A stretch of DNA of 61,564 nucleotides, the filler included. It is 6 parts of 6 records of this genome, joined end to end, with 100 filler letters (N's around TTAATTAATTAA, not from the genome) between each part and the next. Parts side by side here need not be neighbours in the genome. Positions count along the whole stretch, not along the records: positions 1 to 18,247 come from SRR22947725_3985; positions 18,348 to 28,184 come from SRR22947725_4005; 4 more parts are not named here. One strand, written 5' to 3'. Numbering within the stretch: the first letter of the stretch is position 1; the number at the start of each line of letters is the position of its first letter. The notes under the pieces were generated by a model. It did not search any database. It saw nothing but the letters and a program-made list of their open reading frames with translations, and was not told the DNA's origin. This document shows, piece by piece, positions 9,513 through 20,419 of the stretch. The translations under genes and the position numbers were made by a program.

Positions 9513-11060
9513 ATGGCCATGCAATCCCAAGGTCTCAGGCAAGTTCAGAAGCAAACTCAGAACCTTGTCCTTGCCCCTCAGTTAAGGCAATCCCTCAAAA
9601 TCTTACAGGTTCCTGCACTCGAACTGCGTTCTGCTATTCTTGAAGAATTACAAACTAATCCCCTTCTTGAAGAATTAGGAAACAACGACGAAAGTCTTGA
9701 TGCATCAGAAGTCGAACCCTCCCCTGACGAATTGGAAGTGGAAAAAGTCGATGAATTCCCGGAAGAACCTGGTTCGGAATTAGAAGGTAAGGATTCTGAC
9801 AAAGAACAGGATATTGAATCCGAGAATCAAGAAGAATTACAAGACCTCGATTTTTCGGATGAATTTGCAATCCTCAAGGAGATGGAAGAGGATTTAAGAG
9901 AACATTTTGAAAGCGAGTTTGAAGGAGAAGCTAAATTAGGAAATACCGACGCACAGGATAAAAGAAAGTTTTTCTTTGATTCACTCACCTCCGAAGTATC
10001 TCTCCAGGAACACTTACTCGATCAATTAAAATTAACTGAAATTAGCCAAGGCGTTCGGGATGCCGCAGAATACCTGATTGGTAGCTTGGATGAAAATGGC
10101 TTTCTCAATTCAAATCTGTCCGACATTGCCCTTCTTTCATCAATGCCCCTAGCCGACTTACAGGAAGCACTGCGTACATTACAAACCTTCGAACCAATTG
10201 GGATTGCATCCATTGACCTGCAAGACTGCCTGATTAAGCAAATGGATGCTCGGGATTGGGAGGATACAGATCAGTACCGAATCGTAAAAGACCATTTCCC
10301 TCTACTTGTAAGGCGGCGCGTCCCTGAACTTTCCCGTAAATTATCTCAATCCACTCAAGTAATTCACGAAGCAATCGAAAAGATTAGTGAACTCGATCCA
10401 GCTCCTGGCAAGAGGTTTTCCGAAGATAATAACCAGTCAATCTCGGCCGATGCGACTGTGGAAAAAGTCGGTGATGAATGGGTGATCAGTCTCAACAGTG
10501 ATTTTATTCCCAGGCTAAAAATTAACAGGACTTATAAAGAATTGATTGCCAAAGGGGTATTATCCAGCAAGGAAAAAGAATATGTTCGTAATCAAATGCG
10601 AGCAGGTAAATTCCTCATAAGCTCGATCGATCAACGTCAAAATACCATCGAACGAATTACCCGAAAAATCATTGAAAGACAGACAGGCTTTTTTGAAGAA
10701 GGCTCCTCCAAACTTCGGCCCATGACTATGTCCGAAGTGGCCGACTCCATCGAAGTTCACGAAACAACCGTATCGCGTGCCATCGCCAACAAATTTGTCC
10801 GGACTCCCCATGGCACTTTCCCGTTAAAGTATTTTTTCACACCCGGATATTCAGGGAAGGACGGAGATTCCGTTTCCAATACTAGTGTGAAGGAAATAAT
10901 TGGTTCTATTATTGAACAGGAAGACCCGAGTAAACCATTAAGCGATCGTAAAATTGTCGATTTGCTAGCTGAAAAAGAAATCAAACTCGCCCGTCGTACG
11001 GTTGCAAAGTATCGCGAAGAACTTGGGATTTCTCCCACAAACTTACGCCGCCGGTATTAA
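9513..11060 (+). CDS. rpoN: RNA polymerase sigma-54 factor
   Basis: Gln-rich region I, acidic region II, HETTVSR, RpoN box ARRTVAKYRE. Confidence 0.97.
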   Translation: MAMQSQGLRQVQKQTQNLVLAPQLRQSLKILQVPALELRSAILEELQTNPLLEELGNNDESLDASEVEPSPDELEVEKVDEFPEEPGSELEGKDSDKEQDIESENQEELQDLDFSDEFAILKEMEEDLREHFESEFEGEAKLGNTDAQDKRKFFFDSLTSEVSLQEHLLDQLKLTEISQGVRDAAEYLIGSLDENGFLNSNLSDIALLSSMPLADLQEALRTLQTFEPIGIASIDLQDCLIKQMDARDWEDTDQYRIVKDHFPLLVRRRVPELSRKLSQSTQVIHEAIEKISELDPAPGKRFSEDNNQSISADATVEKVGDEWVISLNSDFIPRLKINRTYKELIAKGVLSSKEKEYVRNQMRAGKFLISSIDQRQNTIERITRKIIERQTGFFEEGSSKLRPMTMSEVADSIEVHETTVSRAIANKFVRTPHGTFPLKYFFTPGYSGKDGDSVSNTSVKEIIGSIIEQEDPSKPLSDRKIVDLLAEKEIKLARRTVAKYREELGISPTNLRRRY

Positions 11061-11100
11061 TCTGTTCATTTACCTGATCCCCACTCAAGTACTCTGAGGA

Positions 11101-11775
11101 ATGGAAGAAGACAAGACCAGTAGTCCGCTTTCTACCGCTCTCGTTTTGGATGTGTCCACTGCCAATGTACAGGTCGGAATTGCCAAAGAAAATAGATGGA
11201 GGAAAATAGTAGAAACTTCCAATTCTCCGATGGATGGAGTTTTCCAATCCGTGGCTCAACTATTCGAAGAATTAGAATTGGGAATCAAAGAAATTGATTC
11301 TATTTTCTTTTGCGCCGGACCTGGATCCACACTGGGCCTTCGCCTCACCCTTGCATTTGTAAAAACAGTACAATGGGAATGCGAAAACAAACTCGCACTC
11401 TACTCCTACAATGCCCTTGACCTTGCCAGTCAAATGGTGAAACCCTCCCCTGTCTTCGTTCAAGCTCCCTTTCGTATGGGTTGGCGAATCGTTCGCTCTT
11501 CTTCCAATCAACATCCCATTGGAAAAAAAGAAATTTTCGAAAGCGAGGAAGCACTCAAAAAGTTTCCATTGAGCTTACACCTTCAAGATCCAAGAAGAAA
11601 AATCACCTCGATTGATCCAGACAATATTTTGGAATATCGATTGAATAAAATGAACGGGCTTTCGGACTTAATTAAGATCTCGGAGCCTAAGAAAGAACTA
11701 GAAATTTATTCTCCCCGACCACCAGAATTCAAAAAATGGGTTCCGGAAATAAAATTCCTGTCTCCGGACAGCTAG
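11101..11775 (+). CDS. tsaB: TsaB-like t6A biosynthesis protein (divergent)
   Basis: LVLDVST and GPGSTLGLR (canonical GPGSFTGLR). Confidence 0.65.
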   Translation: MEEDKTSSPLSTALVLDVSTANVQVGIAKENRWRKIVETSNSPMDGVFQSVAQLFEELELGIKEIDSIFFCAGPGSTLGLRLTLAFVKTVQWECENKLALYSYNALDLASQMVKPSPVFVQAPFRMGWRIVRSSSNQHPIGKKEIFESEEALKKFPLSLHLQDPRRKITSIDPDNILEYRLNKMNGLSDLIKISEPKKELEIYSPRPPEFKKWVPEIKFLSPDS

Positions 11776-11784
11776 AGTAATAGA

Positions 11785-12915
11785 ATGATAACACAGCGTT
11801 GCTGGGCAGAGATTAATCTGGCCGCCCTTGAAAGGAATCTAAGATTGATTAGAGATTCACTGCCCCCTCATGTTCGCTATGTTTCAGTCGTGAAAGCAGA
11901 TGCCTATGGTCACGGCATTCATCCCACTGCCGCTCGATTAATGCAAAGCGGGGTCGATTTATTTGCCGTTGCGAATATTAAAGAAGCGACGGAGATCAGG
12001 GAAATGGGCTCCGGTTGGCCAATCTTAATTTTAGGTCCCCTACTGGAAGAGGAAGATGAAGCATTGATAGAGTTTGATTTAATTCCAACACTCTCCACCG
12101 AAGTGGAGTTAAATAGGCTATGTGCCCTTTCTCAAAAACATCAAAAACAAATCTCAGTTCACTTAAAAATTGATTCTGGGATGGGGAGAAATGGAATTTG
12201 GTGGAATGATGCGATTCCACTGATTGAAGAAATCAAAAAACACAGTGAAATTAAACTTTGTGGAGCCCTGACTCATTTTGCCCAACCCTCCGATCTTTCT
12301 TTTACTGAAGAACAAAGAACCCGCTTTTTATCGATTCTTCAAAACACAGAAATTCACCAAAAACCAGGATTTCTTGTTCATGCGGATAATTCCTCCTCTC
12401 TTCGCTCATTTGATCGAAACGCAATTTTCAATGCAGTTCGAATCGGCCTTCTTCAATTCGGAGTCTCCCCTCCACAAGGTAGTATTTTAGCGGATCTGCC
12501 AGTTGAACCAGTTCTATCATTTCATGCGAAACTGGCCATGATCAAAAATCTGCCCGAAGGAACAACTTTGAGCTATGGTCGTCAGTATACCCTGCAAAGG
12601 GACTCAAAAATTGGGATTATCAGTGCCGGTTATGGCGACGCCATTCCACTTCCCTGTGGGAATCGAGCCTTTGGTTTAATCAATGGACAGAATTACCCCT
12701 TAGTGGGGAGAGTTACAATGGATCAGACCTTGATTGATTTAACCGACGCACCTTCCGAGATTGAACTCGGACAGACAGTCACTCTGATTGGGAGACAAAA
12801 GGAGAAGGAAATCCTACTGACTGAACTTGCGACTCATGCAAAAACGATACCTTGGGAATTGCTTTGTTCGATTACCAAAAGAGTTCCCCGTGTTTATACT
12901 ACCATAAGGGAATAA
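11785..12915 (+). CDS. alr: alanine racemase
   Basis: VVKADAYGHG, HLKIDSGMGRNG, GYGD, GRVTMDQ. Confidence 0.95.
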   Translation: MITQRCWAEINLAALERNLRLIRDSLPPHVRYVSVVKADAYGHGIHPTAARLMQSGVDLFAVANIKEATEIREMGSGWPILILGPLLEEEDEALIEFDLIPTLSTEVELNRLCALSQKHQKQISVHLKIDSGMGRNGIWWNDAIPLIEEIKKHSEIKLCGALTHFAQPSDLSFTEEQRTRFLSILQNTEIHQKPGFLVHADNSSSLRSFDRNAIFNAVRIGLLQFGVSPPQGSILADLPVEPVLSFHAKLAMIKNLPEGTTLSYGRQYTLQRDSKIGIISAGYGDAIPLPCGNRAFGLINGQNYPLVGRVTMDQTLIDLTDAPSEIELGQTVTLIGRQKEKEILLTELATHAKTIPWELLCSITKRVPRVYTTIRE

Positions 12916-12924
12916 ACCCATTTG

Positions 12925-13527
12925 TTATAAGTCAAAGTTTGCTCCGATCGAATCTATAATGTGGGATAATTGATTGATCGAATTGGATCGGTTATCATAT
13001 GCCTGTTGTCCGTCTTCCGGACAACCGTAGGGAGAGACCCAGCCCATTCCATTTTTCTCGTGCAGGGAATGAACCTCTGCCAACCATGTCGAAATTTGCT
13101 TCAGGTTTGCCAGAATACGGTTCCCTTCCGCCGGGGTTTCCAATGGATTACCGTAAGGCATCTTACTCACCACATTGCCATCCGCATCTTTAGATTCCTC
13201 CCAGGCAACTTCTGCAGTTTCACATGCCTCCCAAAACCGGATTTTGGTAAAGTCCACACAACCTTCCGTAATGGCTAGAGCCATGGCCTCGATTTCGGGC
13301 AATGCTACCTCTGCAAAAGTTTCCTCTTCCTGCGGTTCAAAAGATTCCTCAGCCTTAATTAAAATCTGAGACTTTTCATCCAATGCCTTGGCTATTCCCT
13401 TCACCATCGAATAATTAATCTGAGACTTGAGGTCTCCCTCCAACATCAAATCAACGGCATCAAAAGAAAATTCTTCCTCTTCCTTCGGCTTTTCAATTGT
13501 TTCTTCCTCCTGGGTTGATTCACTCAT
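12925..13527 (-). CDS. acidic hypothetical protein
   Basis: About 200-aa ORF, strongly Glu/Asp-rich, no recognised motif. Confidence 0.7.
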   Translation of the reverse strand: MSESTQEEETIEKPKEEEEFSFDAVDLMLEGDLKSQINYSMVKGIAKALDEKSQILIKAEESFEPQEEETFAEVALPEIEAMALAITEGCVDFTKIRFWEACETAEVAWEESKDADGNVVSKMPYGNPLETPAEGNRILANLKQISTWLAEVHSLHEKNGMGWVSPYGCPEDGQQAYDNRSNSINQLSHIIDSIGANFDL

Positions 13528-13611
13528 TAAAATACTAATGTATAAATTAAGAGCTTGAATCAATGTGAAATCTCACTTCAAGGCTATTATTACATTTACA
13601 CTTTTTCTTTC

Positions 13612-14985
13612 ATGACGAAATCTTTTACGATTACTTTTTTTGTTTTGGCGTTATTCAATGGCCCTCCTCTGATCGGTAGTCCTTTTAAGATTAGAGAGAC
13701 AGCTCCAACACTAACTCCAATAATGGAAAGAGAACTCAAAGGATGCTTCCACTTTTTTTGGGAGGAGTGGAACGACGGTCCGAAAAGTCCCACCTATGGT
13801 ATGACCAATGGGGATTACGTGGGGATGAATAAATATAGTCCCATTGCCATTGAATAACAGGGGTTTTATTTCGCCGCTATCATTATTGGAGTAGAACGGG
13901 GCTGGATAAGTCGCAAGAGCGCTGAAAAAAGAATCATAACCACGCTGAACACAATGAAAAAACTAAAACGCATCAACGGCTTTTGGTACCATTTCATTGA
14001 TCCGGATACCGGAAAAAGAGGGTGGGAAGATTCAAATAATATTGAACTTAGTAATGCATCAGCGGGAACTATGCTTTTAGGCGCACTAGCGGCGGCAGAA
14101 TATTTTGGTGGTGAAATCAAAGTATTAACCGATGAACTGTATCGGGAAATGAACTGGAAATGGTTTACCAATCCCGAAACCAAACACCCGTACCTCGCCT
14201 GCTACCCGGAAGATCTTCCCGATAAAGTACCCTTTGGAATAACAGAAGATGGGATGTTTGGCGGGTGGTCTGCTTATGCGGAACATATTTTCCTCTACAT
14301 CCTCGCGGCAGGTTCCCCCAATCAACATTTCGCCACAGGACCGGATTCATACTACGCAATGAAAACTTACAAAGGAAGTTACAAGGGCGAGAAATTTATT
14401 ATTTGTGGAACAGGAGCCGCCTTTACCTATCAATGGACTCATGCGTTTATCGATTTTCGTAACCTGCGGGACAGACTGGGCAGGGATTGGTTCACCAATT
14501 CCAGGCACGCGTCGTTGGCCGCGCGGCAGTATGCTATCGACAATGCCCACCGAATTAAAGGTTTAGGGAAAAATTCATGGGGAATGTCGGCCTCAATTAG
14601 TCCCACTACTGGATATAGCGGGCATTATGGTTCTTATCCGATCGGGGCAGGATATAAACTTTCGGAAGATGGTACCGTGGCACCCTACGGAGCTCTTTCA
14701 TTTCTTCCTTTTACTCCAGAAGAATCGATTTCCGCGTTAAAATATATGTATACTATCCCTGGATTGGTAGGAAAATATGGCCTGTATGATGCCTACAGCT
14801 TCAAAACGAAGGCAAAAGGCAACCAACCTTGGATTGCAAAAAGCTATCTGGGCATCGATAAAGGACTCGTTTTATTGATGTTCGAAAACTATTCCTCTCA
14901 GCTCATTTGGAAACTCTTGCATCAAAACATATACATTCAAAAAGGTTTAAAAACACTCGAATTTGCACAGGTTAAGAAGATTTGA
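13612..14985 (+). pseudogene. GH144/glycoamylase-like (endo-beta-1,2-glucanase-like) gene interrupted by an in-frame TAA at 13855-13857
   Basis: ORFs 13555-13857 and 13954-14985 are in the same frame. Read-through gives AIE*QGFYFAAIIIGVERGW..GFWYHF, followed by DGTVAPYGA, GKYGLYDAY and YLGIDKG motifs. Confidence 0.75.
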
Positions 14986-15134
14986 AATAATCTTTACGAT
15001 ATTTTTGGCAAAAATTCTTTCCTGCGGAGTGATACAATATTAAAGATAATTTTAACAATTAAAAGTAATTCATTGATAAAGATGAACTACAATGCCTAAA
15101 ATGAATAATTGTTAGTTTTAAGCAAACAAACCCC

Positions 15135-15152
15135 TTGTCCTAATTAGGATAA
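15135..15152. promoter_or_regulatory. palindromic candidate operator
   Basis: TTGTCCTAATTAGGATAA with a perfect 12-bp core TCCTAATTAGGA, about 100 bp upstream of ATG 15252. Confidence 0.3.
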
Positions 15153-15251
15153 TTTACACTATTAAATATTGTACATTAAATCATCAAATTCCATCCTCCC
15201 TTTTATTTGTTAACTTGCTGCAAGCCTTTACTTAAACCAATTTTTTTAATT

Positions 15252-18247
15252 ATGCTTCGAGAATCCTTAAGTTTTATCACTATTTTCTCGTTAATTTGCT
15301 TATCCCCGTTTTCTCACACTGGATTCTCCGCTGAAATATCATTCAACCGGGACATCAGGCCAATTCTCTCAAGTAAATGTTTTTTTTGCCATGGTCCTTC
15401 GGAAAAATCGCGCAAGGCGAAATTACGTCTGGATATTGAAGAGGAAGTATTTAGGGAGAAAAATGAAATTGCCGCCTTTGTTCGAAATAGTTTGGAAGAC
15501 AGCGAAGCTTGGCACCGAATAACTTCCGATGATCCGGACGAAGTTATGCCTCCCCCCGAGTTTAAGAAGGAACTCACCAAGGTTGAGATTGATACAATCA
15601 AAGCCTGGATTGAACAGGGAGCTAAATGGGAAGGCCATTGGGCATTCATTCCCGTAAATAAGCAACAAGAACCAAAGACTGAATTGCCCCAATGGATACG
15701 CAATCCCATCGACTCTTTCGTTCTTAAAACCTTAAAACAAAAAGACCTTCATCCTTCTCCGGAGACCGACCGTAGAACCCTTCTTCGCAGAATTTACTTC
15801 GATATGACCGGGTTGCCTCCAACCCCCGAAGAAATAAACGATTTTTTGCTCGACCACTCACCCCAAGCATATGAAAAAGTGGTGGACCGCTTACTTGCAT
15901 CCGATGCCTATGCCGAGCGAATGACTTTGGTATGGATGGACGCTGCCCGCTATGGTGACACATCGGTTTTTCATGATGACGGCCCCCGTGACATGTGGCC
16001 GTGGCGTGATTGGATTCTTAATGCCTACAAGTCCAATATGCCCTTTGATCAGTTCACAATTGAGCAATTAGCGGGAGATCTTCTCCCCTCCCCATCCGAT
16101 GCCCAGAAAATCGCTTCCGGTTTCAACCGTAACCACGCAACTACCGATGAAGGAGGTGTTATTCCCGAGGAATTTCGGGTAGAATATGTGGTTGACCGAG
16201 TCAAAACCACGGGGAATGTGTGGATGGGACTAACCATGGAATGCGCCCAGTGCCATGATCATAAATACGACCCCATTTCCCAGGAGGAATATTTCAAATT
16301 TTATGCCTTCTACAATAATAACGCAGATCCGGGTATGCAGACCAGGCGGGGAAATACAGCACCGATGGTTGAAGTGATAACTCCAAAGAGAAAAAAACAA
16401 CTGTCCGAGGCAAACCAAGCAGTTGAAGTAGCTAGTAGTTCCCTTCAAAGCAGGCGGAAAGAATCCTTAAAATCATTTGATCAATGGACCCAAAAAACCA
16501 AAAAACAATTAAAAGAAAACCCTGAAGCACTCCACCCTCAGGGCTTGGTTGCCCACCTCCCCTTCGACCAACTTAACCTGGAAAACAACACCTCAAAAGT
16601 AGGCCTTAAGGGAGCGCCATCATGTATTCTCCATCACTCTCCGAAATCAATTAAACAGGCCAAATTTTCAGGAGGTATCAAAATCGAGAATAACTCCTTT
16701 GCCGAGTTACCAAATTTTGGTGACTTCGAACATAACCAAGCCTTCTCCATGAGTGCATGGATCAAAACCTCTCAGAAAAATCTCGGGGGTGCAATCCTCA
16801 GTAAAATGAATGAAGGAAACCAATTTCGCGGGTATGACCTATGGTTAGATGCCGGACGACCCGGCACTCACATCGTTCACGCCTGGCCCGATAATGCACT
16901 CAAAATTGTTTCCAAGAAAACGATCCCCGCCAATAAATGGGTTCACCTTTGCGTGACCTACAGCGGGCAAAGAATTGCCAATGCCGTGGAAATTTACATG
17001 GATGGAACCAAGCAGGAAAAAATCATTGCAACTAACACACTCAAAGCGAACACCATTAAAACGGATAAACCTTTCCGTATTGGTCGCCGGTTCAACTCCG
17101 CTCAAGTCAATGGCACCGAGATTGATGAGGTGCGGGTCTACAACCGAACACTCTCCCTGGAGGAGATCAAAGTTATTATGTCACTGCCCTACCAGTCTAT
17201 TCCTGAACCTTCAGGGTTAACCGCCGGGCTTACTTTTGATTCTTTTGAAGGAAATAAAACCAATGACATAGCAATACCAAGTAGAGATTTGGTCCTTCAT
17301 GGAGGAGCAAAACAGACCGAATTAGGAAAATCACGAAATGGATTAAAAATCGAGAATAATGGGTTTCTTGAATCTACTCAAATCGGTAAACTCGAACATA
17401 ACCAATCTTTCTCTTGGTCGGTTTGGATTAAAACTCCCAAAAATCTTACCGGTGCAATCCTTAGCAAAATGGATGAATCCCAAAAACATCGTGGGTACGA
17501 TATTTGGCTCGAGGGTGGAAAGGTTGGTATGCACATCGTGAACGAATTCCCCGACAACGCCCTCAAAGCAGTTTCCAAAAAGCCAATTCCAGTAAATCAG
17601 TGGCACCACTTGACCATTACCTACGACGGTAAAAATAAAGGGAATGGATTGAAAGTCTATCTCAATGGAAAGACTCAGCCAATGGAGGTCACTCATGATT
17701 CGCTCACCAAAACAATTTCAACCTCAAAAGCCTTTCGTATTGGACGTCGTTTTAACGGTTCCTCAACCAATGGGCTCGAAATGGATGAACTTCGACTGTA
17801 CTCCCGAGTACTGAGTACCCGGGAAATTGATCGACTGGGCTACATTGATCCTATCCTCCCCCTCATTAAACAGGAGCCCAAACACCTGAACCCGGCCCAA
17901 CGAAACCTGGTTATTGACTACTACCTCAACCGACATGATCCTGGATACAAACAAACCTTGGCCACGGTTACCCAAAAGAGGCAGGATTTAAATGCTTTAA
18001 AGAACAAAAAGCTTACCTCCATGATCATGGGTGACAATCCACCTAACAAGATGAGAAAAACCTATGTTCTGATGCGTGGTCAGTATGCATCTCCGGATGA
18101 ATCAAAAGAAATCCTTCCCGATACTCCTTCTTTTCTTCCGCCCATGGATAAAGAATTACCTAAAAACAGACTTGGGTTAGCCAAATGGTTGATGGATAAA
18201 GATCACCCGCTGACCGCAAGAGTTACTGTCAACCGCTACTGGCAGAC
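15252..18247 (+). CDS. PVC-type cytochrome c / DUF1549 / 2x LamG / DUF1553 protein, 3' truncated at the contig end
   Basis: FNRDIRPILS..CFFCHGP, WIEQGA..HWAF, LLRR..DMTGLPP, WMDAARYGD, CAQCHDHKYDPI, two LamG-like repeats, NRLGLAKWL..PLTARVTVNRYWQ. Confidence 0.9.
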
Positions 18248-18347
18248 NNNNNNNNNNNNNNNNNNNNNNNNNNNNNNNNNNNNNNNNNNNNTTAATTAAT
18301 TAANNNNNNNNNNNNNNNNNNNNNNNNNNNNNNNNNNNNNNNNNNNN
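18248..18347. other. artificial contig linker
   Basis: N-run with a central TTAATTAATTAA. Confidence 0.98.
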
Positions 18348-18384
18348 TCAAGACCAGTGCATTCAACCGCTCTGCCACGCCTCC
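18348..18384 (-). tRNA. tRNA-Ser(TGA), 5' half only (cut by the contig end)
   Basis: Minus strand reads GGAGGCGTGGCAGAGCGGTTGAATGCACTGGTCTTGA: acceptor 5' strand, D arm, anticodon stem and TGA. Confidence 0.85.
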
Positions 18385-18479
18385 AGATATTAAATTTAAT
18401 TGTATGAAGTGTATATATATAGTAATTTTTTGCTCATCAATTTATTAGATAAAAATTTAAAAGCAAACAAAGGACTTTA

Positions 18480-19250
18480 ATGAAAAAAATATTATTAATA
18501 CTATGCCTTATATCCATACCCCTCATTGCGCAATCAGCAAATGAGAAAGAAGTTCTTAAAAGTGTTGGAAAAAGTAAGCAGATAGAGCCAAGTATAAATC
18601 TTGCTCCAAAACTTACTGAACGTAAAAAGATGGGAAGAGAAATTACGTCGGCTCCAAGTATCGTAATTAACAAACGATCTAGCACTCTAGAATGGAAAGG
18701 TGGATTAAAGTTTGTAAATAATAATCATAATGGAAATTTGAAAATAAAGGGCGGAAATATTTATCTTCAAAAAGATAATAAAATTACTGGAAATATTGTT
18801 ATCAATATGATGTCTATGACTAATATTGATCTTCCAGACAGTAAAAAAGATTATTTAATTGGTCACTTGAGAAGCGAAGATTTCTTTCATGTTGACCGCT
18901 ACCCAGTTGCCTCTTTGGAAATAAGCAGTTCAAAGATTTTAGAAAAAAAATCTAATGGAAAGTATAACATGGAAATTTCAGGAGATTTGACTGTTAAATC
19001 TACTTCAAAACCAATCGTATTCACAGCTCTAGTAGACTTAGAATCTGATATTAAATCTGCATCTGGAACTATGAAATTTAATCGAATAGATTTTGGTGTT
19101 CAATACCGATCTGAAATGAAATTAGATGACGCTCAATCTTTTTGGAATGATATGCAAACTACCAAAAAAACTACAATGGATAAGGTTATTAAAGATCAAA
19201 TTGAAGTAAAGTTCAATATAGTGTCTATGCCAGGTATTCTTGAAAGATAG
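18480..19250 (+). CDS. YceI-family secreted lipid/polyisoprenoid-binding protein
   Basis: Signal peptide, STLEWKG, GHLRSEDFF, GDLTVK, RIDFGV. Confidence 0.85.
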   Translation: MKKILLILCLISIPLIAQSANEKEVLKSVGKSKQIEPSINLAPKLTERKKMGREITSAPSIVINKRSSTLEWKGGLKFVNNNHNGNLKIKGGNIYLQKDNKITGNIVINMMSMTNIDLPDSKKDYLIGHLRSEDFFHVDRYPVASLEISSSKILEKKSNGKYNMEISGDLTVKSTSKPIVFTALVDLESDIKSASGTMKFNRIDFGVQYRSEMKLDDAQSFWNDMQTTKKTTMDKVIKDQIEVKFNIVSMPGILER

Positions 19251-19253
19251 TAT

Positions 19254-19679
19254 TTAGTCAAAATCAAAGAGTAATAACTTCTTAACACTACCAAAGAAAT
19301 TATTAAACGACCCTAGTTTATATGCATAATAAGACCATAGTGCATTAAACAGGATAAAGACTATAAAGAAAGGCCAATTGAGTGGGTGTCCTCCATTTAA
19401 AAGTGATATCAAAATACCCAACCATGCAGTTCCAGACCAAATGACTGCCCAACGTAATTTTTTAACCATGCTAGGATAATCTAACTCTGAAGCCTGAAGC
19501 GAGCTATATCCTATACCAAACAATGCTGCTGCTACAATTCTCAGCGCTACAGTATCTAATGGGTACTCGGGAAAAAATACGGGGATTTGCTCTGCGCCAA
19601 TGAATATGGGTATAGCAACCGCATAATCGAAGTAAAAGTGGAATACCAGCCATTTTCTAAGCATTGTAGGTACTTTCAT
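19254..19679 (-). CDS. integral membrane hypothetical protein (about 4 TM)
   Basis: Hydrophobic segments; co-oriented in a tightly packed run. Confidence 0.7.
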   Translation of the reverse strand: MKVPTMLRKWLVFHFYFDYAVAIPIFIGAEQIPVFFPEYPLDTVALRIVAAALFGIGYSSLQASELDYPSMVKKLRWAVIWSGTAWLGILISLLNGGHPLNWPFFIVFILFNALWSYYAYKLGSFNNFFGSVKKLLLFDFD

Positions 19680-19683
19680 AACA

Positions 19684-19872
19684 TTATCCAGAAAAGAAAC
19701 CTTTCATAACCAGATATGGTAAAATAATATAAAGAGTTACATCTCGAATTAAGTAGTACATAAATATTGCCACTCCAACTTTCCACCCATACTGTTTAAA
19801 CATCATTTTGATAGCAGCTTTGAGTCCAAGCTTTTTTGTATTAGATCGTAGTTCTGATAACGCTTTAAACAT
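19684..19872 (-). CDS. small membrane hypothetical protein
   Basis: 62 aa with YYLIRDVTLYI and a hydrophobic C-terminal half; tight spacing to neighbours. Confidence 0.65.
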   Translation of the reverse strand: MFKALSELRSNTKKLGLKAAIKMMFKQYGWKVGVAIFMYYLIRDVTLYIILPYLVMKGFFSG

Positions 19873-19891
19873 GGTGAAATATAATAGCTTT

Positions 19892-20419
19892 TTAGTAGAG
19901 TTCCATATTATTAAACGGAATTAATGCCATAATAATCGCATGGGTATAGTATCTCTCTCTATCTATTAAATCTTTTGTCAAAATACCTACAGCTCCATTT
20001 TTTTGTTTTGAGTTTTTTCGATGAAAAACAATATCATCTGCATCTCCTAGTTCCATGCCAGAATCAATTAGTTCAATAATTTTTTTAGGTAAATCAAACG
20101 TGGCGGTACGAGCCTTACCTTTCATATCTTTTGATTGAATAAATATCCAAGCAAATACCTGCATTTCCTTACCTTTTTTTTCAACACCGCCTTCAATTCC
20201 GATCCAATAATCTGCATCCTTAAATTCTAATTTGGCATTATTAGAACGATTCATAGCTCCTATTAGAGTTTCATCGTTACTCATAGGCTGATCGCTTATA
20301 TCGGATGAAATACGAGCTCCTTCAAATTGAAAAACTTTATCTGGGAACGTCTTTTTAAATGCAAGTATTGTAGCATTAACTTTTATAGGATTTCTTGATG
20401 CAATGATGATTTTTTTCAT
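19892..20419 (-). CDS. yjjX: inosine/xanthosine triphosphatase
   Basis: ASRNPIK, DQPM, GAMNR, GIEGG, ELG, KQKNGAVGILT. Confidence 0.9.
   Translation of the reverse strand: MKKIIIASRNPIKVNATILAFKKTFPDKVFQFEGARISSDISDQPMSNDETLIGAMNRSNNAKLEFKDADYWIGIEGGVEKKGKEMQVFAWIFIQSKDMKGKARTATFDLPKKIIELIDSGMELGDADDIVFHRKNSKQKNGAVGILTKDLIDRERYYTHAIIMALIPFNNMELY

Noticed and set aside
13855-13857. Selenocysteine/pyrrolysine or alternative-code read-through in the GH144-like gene
   Set aside because: The codon is TAA, not TGA or TAG, and TAA terminates many normal genes on this contig.
18291-18303. Recurrent TTAATTAATTAA motif (five copies in the window)
   Set aside because: Always centred in N-runs; a synthetic six-frame stop linker, not a biological repeat.
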